A stretch of DNA of 63,169 nucleotides, counting the filler, from Reclinomonas americana ATCC 50394 (lineage: Eukaryota): assembly GCA_048213135.1 (NCBI GenBank). It is 6 parts of 4 records of this genome, joined end to end, with 100 filler letters (N's around TTAATTAATTAA, not from the genome) between each part and the next. Parts side by side here need not be neighbours in the genome. Positions count along the whole stretch, not along the records: positions 49,583 to 63,169 come from PS015764.1; 5 more parts are not named here. One strand, given 5' to 3'. Numbering within the stretch: the stretch's first letter is position 1; the number at the start of each line of letters is the position of its first letter. A program made the position numbers and the translations under genes. The notes below the pieces were generated by a model, which searched no databases, was not told the origin of the DNA, and worked only from the letters and a program-made list of their open reading frames with translations. Below are positions 57,455 to 63,169 of the stretch, one piece after another.

Positions 57455-58609
57455 ATGGATTTCGGCCTCACCGAAGAACAATCGATCCTTCAGCAATCCG
57501 CCCGCAGCATGGTCGAGCAGGAAATCCGACCGGTCTTGGCGGCGCATGATCCCGACCGGCCGCTTCCCAAGGCGGCGATGCTCAAGATCTACGGCGTGCT
57601 CGCGCGCGAGGGCCTGACCGCTCCGCGGCTTTCCGAGGAGGCGGGCGGAAGCGGTATGAAGATGCTCGATTACGGCCTCGTCTTCGAGCAGCTTCCGACC
57701 GCGATCGCGATCTCGCTACTCTCGCACGAATGCACCGTCGCACGCATCTACGCCGACAGCGATGCCGAGCAGCGCAAGCGCTTCCTGCCGGACCTGATCG
57801 CTGGCCGCAAGATCTGCTGCACGGGAACGACCGAGCCCGATACCGGATCGGACCCGCGCGGGGTGCGCACGCGCGCGGTCGAAAGCGACGGCAAGCTGGT
57901 GATCAACGGCCGCAAGATGTGGATTACCAACGGCACCGCCAGCGACTTGATGATCGCGACATGCTCGATGGGCCAGGGGGAAAAGGGCAATATTCTGCGC
58001 CGCATCGTGGTCGAGCGCGATGTCTCCCCCTATGAGGCGCTCGAAATCCAGGGCCTCGGGCTGAAGCAGGGGCATCTGTCCGAGATCCTTCTCGAGAACT
58101 GCGAGGTCCCGGCGGAGAACGCGCTGGGAACCGGCGGCGACGCGGCCCGGATCCTGACGCTAACCTGGAACGGCAATCGCCCCCTCGTCGGCCTGGCCGC
58201 CGTTGGCATTGCACAGCAGGCGCTCGATGCGGCGATCGAATACGCCAAGGTCCGCGTCCAGTTCGGCAAGCCGATCGGTGCAAGGCAGATGATCCAGGAA
58301 CGGATCGTTGATATCGCCGCCGACGTGATGGCAAGCCGCCTGCTCTGCTACCAGGCTCTCGACGTCATCGACAGCGGCGGGCGGGCGAACGCCACCTCCG
58401 CGATGGCCAAGCGGTTCGCGACCACCGCGTGCGAACGGGCCGTCTCGCTGGCGATGCATGTTCACGGCGCGATGGGTATCAGCCGCGAAGCGCGGCTCGA
58501 ACAGCTCTATCGGGATGTGCGGATGCTGCCGATCCCCGACGGGACGAACGAGATCCTGACCCTGATCGCCGGCCGCGATCTGCTCGGTCTCGAAGCGATA
58601 CGCCACTGA
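57455..58609 (+). CDS. Acyl-CoA dehydrogenase
   Basis: TEPDTGSD, NGRKMWITNG, RVQFGKPIG, HGAMG, IPDGTNEI. Confidence 0.93.
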   Translation: MDFGLTEEQSILQQSARSMVEQEIRPVLAAHDPDRPLPKAAMLKIYGVLAREGLTAPRLSEEAGGSGMKMLDYGLVFEQLPTAIAISLLSHECTVARIYADSDAEQRKRFLPDLIAGRKICCTGTTEPDTGSDPRGVRTRAVESDGKLVINGRKMWITNGTASDLMIATCSMGQGEKGNILRRIVVERDVSPYEALEIQGLGLKQGHLSEILLENCEVPAENALGTGGDAARILTLTWNGNRPLVGLAAVGIAQQALDAAIEYAKVRVQFGKPIGARQMIQERIVDIAADVMASRLLCYQALDVIDSGGRANATSAMAKRFATTACERAVSLAMHVHGAMGISREARLEQLYRDVRMLPIPDGTNEILTLIAGRDLLGLEAIRH

Positions 58610-58615
58610 GGAAAG

Positions 58616-58650
58616 TCCGATCCGGCCGGCTGACGCCCGACCGGATCGGA
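58616..58650 (+). other. Intergenic stem-loop (10-bp perfect stem)
   Basis: TCCGATCCGG...CCGGATCGGA between the ACAD and IclR genes; no U-tract. Confidence 0.55.
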
Positions 58651-58670
58651 TAGCAACACCGGAACATCAG

Positions 58671-59453
58671 ATGAACAGCGGCTTAATCGAGCAGAGATTG
58701 GCGGTAGTCCGTTCAGTCGGAAGAGCTCTGGCAGTTTTCGATGCATTCGATGCCGAGCACATGAGTTTGTCGCTGCAGGATATCGGCTTGCGCATCGGCA
58801 TGCCCAAGGCGACGACCTTTCGGATCGTGAACACATTGGAGCGTTCCGGGTTTCTCGTCCGGCTGGACGGCGCCCGCTACGGCTTGTCGTTGAAGATCGT
58901 CCGGCTCGCCAATCTGGTGAGAAGCACGATCGGCATCCGCGATACGGCAAGGCCGGCCATGATGGAACTGGCGCGAGCCACCGGAGAAACCGTCACGCTC
59001 AATACGATTCACGAGCATCAGCGGCTTTGCATCGACGTGATCGACACCCCGTCCCCGCTGATGACGATCGCCCGGCCGGGGCAGCAGATTCCACTGCTCT
59101 CCGGCGCCACCGGCCGGGTGCTGCTCGCCTATCGCTCCGACGAGGAAGTGGAGGAGATCATCGCGCAGACGCCCGGCAAGAAGGTCGACCGCAAGGCCCT
59201 CCTAGAGGACCTCGCGAAGATCAGGCGGCTCGGCTATGCGCTGAGCAGCGGCCAGCGCGTCTCGGGTATCAGCGCCATCGCCGTTCCCCTCCCCGACTCA
59301 AGCGGTGATGTGACTTACGCGCTCGGCCTCACCGGCCCGAGTGTTCGGATGGATCCACCGCGCGAGACGTTTATCGGCCTCATGCTTTCCGCGGGTGCGC
59401 AAATTTCCGGCCACCTCTGCGCTGCCCCAGCCGCGAGGGCGCTTGCATCATGA
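58671..59453 (+). CDS. IclR-family transcriptional regulator
   Basis: RSVGRALAVF, MPKATTFRIVNTL, TGETVTL, GATGRVLLAY. Confidence 0.92.
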   Translation: MNSGLIEQRLAVVRSVGRALAVFDAFDAEHMSLSLQDIGLRIGMPKATTFRIVNTLERSGFLVRLDGARYGLSLKIVRLANLVRSTIGIRDTARPAMMELARATGETVTLNTIHEHQRLCIDVIDTPSPLMTIARPGQQIPLLSGATGRVLLAYRSDEEVEEIIAQTPGKKVDRKALLEDLAKIRRLGYALSSGQRVSGISAIAVPLPDSSGDVTYALGLTGPSVRMDPPRETFIGLMLSAGAQISGHLCAAPAARALAS

Positions 59454-60601
59454 CACATGGCGCACTCGGTCATCTCAGGATCCTCGAGACCGGTACGGTT
59501 ACCGCCTATGCCGGAAAGTTGTTTGCCGATCACGGGGCGCAGGTCACGCTGGCGGAGCCACCCTCCGGTTCGCCGCTGCGGAACCATCCGCCTTTCAAGG
59601 ACGGCATCCCGGGTCCGGACAACAGCCTCCATTTTCACTATATGAGCGCGGGCAAGCGAAGCCTTTGCCTTGACCTCGAAACCGCCGAGGGCCGGCAGGC
59701 CTTTCGCCGGGCCGTCATGGATGCGGACATCGTCCTGGACGATCGGCTCCAGGATTGGTGGCGCGCGCGCGATCTTTCGTTCGAGACGCTGATCGCTCTC
59801 AATCCCCGTCTCATCTGGTGCGCCGTCACGCCCTTCGGGCAGTGGGGACCTTATGCCGCCTATCAGGGCGGCGACCTGGTTTCGATGGCGATGGGAGGGA
59901 TGGCCTGGCTCTCAGGCTATCAGGAGCGCCCCATCGTTTCGGGAGGTGAGATCGCGCTGCGCAGCGCGTCGCTCTACGCGGCAGTGTGCTCGATCGTCGC
60001 CGCACTCGGCCGCTCCAACGCGGAAGGCGGCCGCCTGATCGATGTTTCGGTCCAGGAGGTCGTCGCACTTGGAACCGAAACGGCTCCGCAATTCTACGAT
60101 CTCCAGAACGTCGTGCGCCGGCGCAACGGCGAGGCGCAAAAGCAGGCCGGGATCGGGGTCTACCCCTGCAAGGACGGCTACGTCATGCTCTATGCGGCCG
60201 AGGCGGGGGTGGGCACCGGCTGGACACGCCTGATCGAATGGCTGGTCGAATCTGGCGTCGAGGGGGCCGAGCCCCTTCTTTCGGACGAATGGGCGACGAA
60301 CAAATTCAAGCAGACCACCGTTGCGAAGGAAGCATTCGAGCGGATTTTTGGGCTGTTTGCGTCAACGCGCGCCAAGCAGGATCTCTTCGTCGAAGGGCAG
60401 AAGCGCCGGATTGCGATTACACCGGTGAACGGCCCCGCAGAGGTTCTGCAGGATCCTCATCTTTTGGCGACGGACTACTTCCGGGAACTGGACATCGGCG
60501 CGAGCGAACCGCTGCCTTCTCCGGGCAGCCCGTTCAGCCTTTCGATCACGCCCGGCCTGGTGGCGGGGCGTGCACCCCGACATGGCGGATGCCCGCAATG
60601 A
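59450..60601 (+). CDS. CaiB/BaiF class III CoA-transferase (BbsE-like subunit)
   Basis: LGHLRILE, YAGKLFADHGAQV, GKRSLCLDL, TPFGQWGPY, YPCKDG. Confidence 0.88.
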   Translation: MTHGALGHLRILETGTVTAYAGKLFADHGAQVTLAEPPSGSPLRNHPPFKDGIPGPDNSLHFHYMSAGKRSLCLDLETAEGRQAFRRAVMDADIVLDDRLQDWWRARDLSFETLIALNPRLIWCAVTPFGQWGPYAAYQGGDLVSMAMGGMAWLSGYQERPIVSGGEIALRSASLYAAVCSIVAALGRSNAEGGRLIDVSVQEVVALGTETAPQFYDLQNVVRRRNGEAQKQAGIGVYPCKDGYVMLYAAEAGVGTGWTRLIEWLVESGVEGAEPLLSDEWATNKFKQTTVAKEAFERIFGLFASTRAKQDLFVEGQKRRIAITPVNGPAEVLQDPHLLATDYFRELDIGASEPLPSPGSPFSLSITPGLVAGRAPRHGGCPQ

Positions 60602-61815
60602 ACTCTCCTTTTCCGCTCGCCGGAGTCCGAATCCTCGATTTCACCTGGGTCGGCGCGGGGCCTTTTACGACCAAGATCCTCGCGGATTTCGGCGCGGAGG
60701 CGATCAAGGTCGAATCCCGCAAGCGCCCGGACCAGCTGCGCAAGGCCGAACCGCTGACCGGCAACCGGACGATCGAAGAAAGCGGCTATTTCGCCAACCG
60801 CAACGTCAACAAGAAGAGCGTGTCGATCGATCTGAAGAACCCAGACGCGCGCGAGGTCGTCCTCGCGCTCGCCAGGCGCAGCGACGTCGTCATCAACTCG
60901 TTCTCGCCTGGCGTGATGGAGCGTTTCGACCTCGGCTACGAGGCGATCCGAAGCGTGCGCGAGGACATCATCTACGTCTCGATGCCGCTCGGAGGTTCTG
61001 GCGGACCCTACCGGGACTTTCTCGGCTACGGCATGAACATCGCCGCCCTGACGGGCCTCCTCCAGCTCGGCTCGCTGCCTGATCGCTGGCCGGCGGGGAC
61101 CGGGACCAATTTTCCCGATCACATTCCGAACCCGCTGCATGCGGCGTTCGCGATCGTGACGGCCCTCGCCGCGCGACGCCAGACTGGAGCCGGCCAGCGG
61201 GTCGAACTGTCCCAGATCCAGAGCACGCTGGCGCCTTTCCCGGATGCGCTCCTGGACTATGCCGCTAACGGTCGGCTGACGGTCGATCCAACCGACAGCG
61301 ACCCCGCCGGCGCCCCGCACGGGCTTTTCCCCTGTGCCGGCGACGATCGCTGGTGCGCGATTTCCGTCAAGGGCGACGCGCAATTCGCAAACCTGTGCCG
61401 CCTGATTGGCTGCGAGGAGCAAGCCGGCGACGCCAGGTTCACGACCCATGACGGCCGCCGGAAGAACACCCAGTGTCTCGACGAGATCGTTTCGGCCTGG
61501 ACGCGCACCCTCGATGCCAGGGAGGTCATGACCAGGCTTCAGGCCGCAGGCATCGCCGCAGGCGTGGTGCAGACGGCCGCCGATCTCCTGGACGAGGACC
61601 CGCATCTCAGGGCCCGGAATTTCTGGCAGTATCTCGACCATCCGGTGATGGGACGCAGCGTCTACCACGGCATCCCGGCGCAGATCGATGGCCTCCCGAG
61701 CCGTTACCGCTCGCCGGCGCCCACATTGGGCCAGCACAATCACGAACTCGCCGAGCTCACCGGATTGGCGCCTGACCGGATTTCGCAGCTAACGGCAAAA
61801 CGAGTCTTCGAATGA
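60598..61815 (+). CDS. CaiB/BaiF class III CoA-transferase (BbsF-like subunit)
   Basis: PLAGVRILDFTWVGAGP, NKKSVSIDLK, NFPDH, APTLGQHN; ATGA overlap with upstream gene. Confidence 0.9.
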   Translation: MNSPFPLAGVRILDFTWVGAGPFTTKILADFGAEAIKVESRKRPDQLRKAEPLTGNRTIEESGYFANRNVNKKSVSIDLKNPDAREVVLALARRSDVVINSFSPGVMERFDLGYEAIRSVREDIIYVSMPLGGSGGPYRDFLGYGMNIAALTGLLQLGSLPDRWPAGTGTNFPDHIPNPLHAAFAIVTALAARRQTGAGQRVELSQIQSTLAPFPDALLDYAANGRLTVDPTDSDPAGAPHGLFPCAGDDRWCAISVKGDAQFANLCRLIGCEEQAGDARFTTHDGRRKNTQCLDEIVSAWTRTLDAREVMTRLQAAGIAAGVVQTAADLLDEDPHLRARNFWQYLDHPVMGRSVYHGIPAQIDGLPSRYRSPAPTLGQHNHELAELTGLAPDRISQLTAKRVFE

Positions 61816-63014
61816 CCTCAGAACTCAACTTCGACCTGCCCGAACAGGTTCGAATGATCCGCGACGTCGTGCGTCGCTTCGCCGAGAACGAATTGCGCCC
61901 GCATGAGCGCACTGTGCTCGAACGCGAGGCCGAGCGGGGCTTTTCCGACAGGCCGCTGCTTCCTCCGGAGATCGAGGGAAGCTTGCGCGAGAAGGCACGG
62001 GCGATCGGTCTCTACGGCATCGACGTGCCCGAGGAGTTCGGCGGACAGAATCTCGGCGCCCTGACGAAATGCGTCGTCATCGAACAGCTCAAGCACAGCA
62101 TCGTCCCGTTCGTGGCGCCGCCCGACAGCCCCAACCTGCATCTGCTCAAACTTCTGTGCAAGGGCGACCAGATCGACCGCTATCTGCTTCCCTATGCGCG
62201 GGGGGAAAAACGGGCCTGCCTCGCCCTGACGGAACCGGGCGCGGGGGCCGACGCCGGCGGCATCCAGATGCCGGCCGTGCGACGCGGCGGGCAATGGGTG
62301 CTGAATGGCAGCAAGGTGTTTATCAGCAACGCCCGCACCGCCGACTTCATGATCGTGATCGCGGTCACTGACCCGGCGAAGGGCAGCGCCGGCGGTATGA
62401 CCGCCTTCCTGGTCGACAAGGGTACGCCGGGTCTTTCGATCCCCAGCGTGTTTCCGATGATCGGCGAATATTGCCCCTACGAGGTCGTCTTCGACAATGT
62501 CACCCTGGACGACCGCCAGGTGCTCGGCGAGGTCGGCAACGCCTTCGCTCCGCTACAGCGGCGACTGGGTGTTCGCCGCATGGAGATCGCCGCGCGCTGC
62601 CTGGGCCTGGCGAGCCGCTGCATCGAGATGATGATCGAACAGGCCAATGGACGAAGCACGTTCGGACGCCCGCTCGCGGACCGGCAGACGATCCAGTGGT
62701 GGATCGCCGACAGCTATCAGGAACTCGAGATGGTGCGCCTTCTCACCTACCGGCTGGCATCGCGCGTCGATCGGGGCGATCCCGATCTCAGGACCGAAGC
62801 CTCGATGGCCAAGGTCCAGAGCACGGAGATGATCACGCGGGTCGTCGATCGTGCCATTCAAACCTTCGGCGGGATGGGCGTCAGCAAGGAACTGCCCCTC
62901 GAATACATCTATCGCGCGGTGCGCGTGTATCGGATCGTTGAAGGCCCGTCCGAGGTTCATCGCTGGGTCATCGCGCGCGACCTTCTCAAGAACGGCCTGC
63001 GGGACCAGCCATGA
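61812..63014 (+). CDS. Acyl-CoA dehydrogenase
   Basis: LTEPGAGAD, LNGSKVFIS, RSTFGRPLADRQ, FGGMG, RIVEGPSEVHR. Confidence 0.93.
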   Translation: MTSELNFDLPEQVRMIRDVVRRFAENELRPHERTVLEREAERGFSDRPLLPPEIEGSLREKARAIGLYGIDVPEEFGGQNLGALTKCVVIEQLKHSIVPFVAPPDSPNLHLLKLLCKGDQIDRYLLPYARGEKRACLALTEPGAGADAGGIQMPAVRRGGQWVLNGSKVFISNARTADFMIVIAVTDPAKGSAGGMTAFLVDKGTPGLSIPSVFPMIGEYCPYEVVFDNVTLDDRQVLGEVGNAFAPLQRRLGVRRMEIAARCLGLASRCIEMMIEQANGRSTFGRPLADRQTIQWWIADSYQELEMVRLLTYRLASRVDRGDPDLRTEASMAKVQSTEMITRVVDRAIQTFGGMGVSKELPLEYIYRAVRVYRIVEGPSEVHRWVIARDLLKNGLRDQP

Positions 63015-63169
63015 CGATCGACCTGACGCGCGACGGGCGGATTACCGTCATCACCATCAACCGCCCCGACGCCCATAATGCGCTCGATCCCGAAAGCGCG
63101 GAGGCCCTTCACGAGGCGATGCTCGCCTTCGATGCGGACGACGCCAGCACGGTGGCGATCATCACCGGA
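63011..63169 (+). CDS. Enoyl-CoA hydratase/isomerase, 3'-truncated by window edge
   Basis: MTIDLTRDGRITVITINRPDAHNALD...AFDADD..VAIITG. Confidence 0.8.
   Translation, partial: MTIDLTRDGRITVITINRPDAHNALDPESAEALHEAMLAFDADDASTVAIITG

Noticed and set aside
31638..57547. Very long ORF-track fusions (958, 1208, 807 and 654 aa and similar)
   Set aside because: They read through N gaps and join separate genes such as LivF+LivG and BadI+BadH.
523..63078. Numerous overlapping antisense or alternate-frame ORFs
   Set aside because: Arg/Ala/Pro-rich shadows of real genes, as expected in high-GC DNA.
1..63169. CRISPR array, rRNA, tRNA, IS transposase or reverse transcriptase
   Set aside because: No repeat-spacer periodicity, cloverleaf, DDE or YxDD-type ORF seen in the sequenced portions; gaps cannot be assessed.

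Overview
GC-rich bacterial draft sequence, probably alphaproteobacterial (inferred from gene content). It has many N gaps and five artificial TTAATTAATTAA contig linkers. There are three catabolic blocks: (i) 1-5.7 kb: ADH, FadR, two SDRs and two solute-binding proteins; (ii) 12.4-21 kb: HD protein, MHPCO-like flavin monooxygenase, GntR, ABC transporter, CitE-type lyase and aminotransferase; (iii) 38.5-63 kb: a large CoA-dependent cluster with LeuCD-like genes, MmgE/PrpD, BadI/BadH-like genes, three CaiB transferases, three acyl-CoA dehydrogenases, a Liv-type ABC transporter and two IclR paralogues. Between them lie two SMC/Rad50-ATPase candidate defence loci and a putative integrative element. 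Locus 1 (5.7-12.4 kb) is a coupled SIR2 / small middle protein / SMC ATPase operon of Lamassu or ABC-three-component type, flanked by a HEPN-like zinc-ribbon gene and a divergent PD-(D/E)XK gene. Locus 2 (21.4-26.2 kb) is my best candidate for an undescribed system: a small protein, an atypical SMC ATPase with two CxxC pairs, and a ~700-aa helical protein with a C-terminal restriction-endonuclease fold. It lies back-to-back with a hairpin-dense spacer and a DUF6538-type integrase. The element at 26.3-37.8 kb also carries a frameshifted nuclease, an XRE regulator, a soluble FtsH-like protease, a DUF3987-like protein and a second tyrosine recombinase. All family calls come from motif recognition by eye; no database searches were run.
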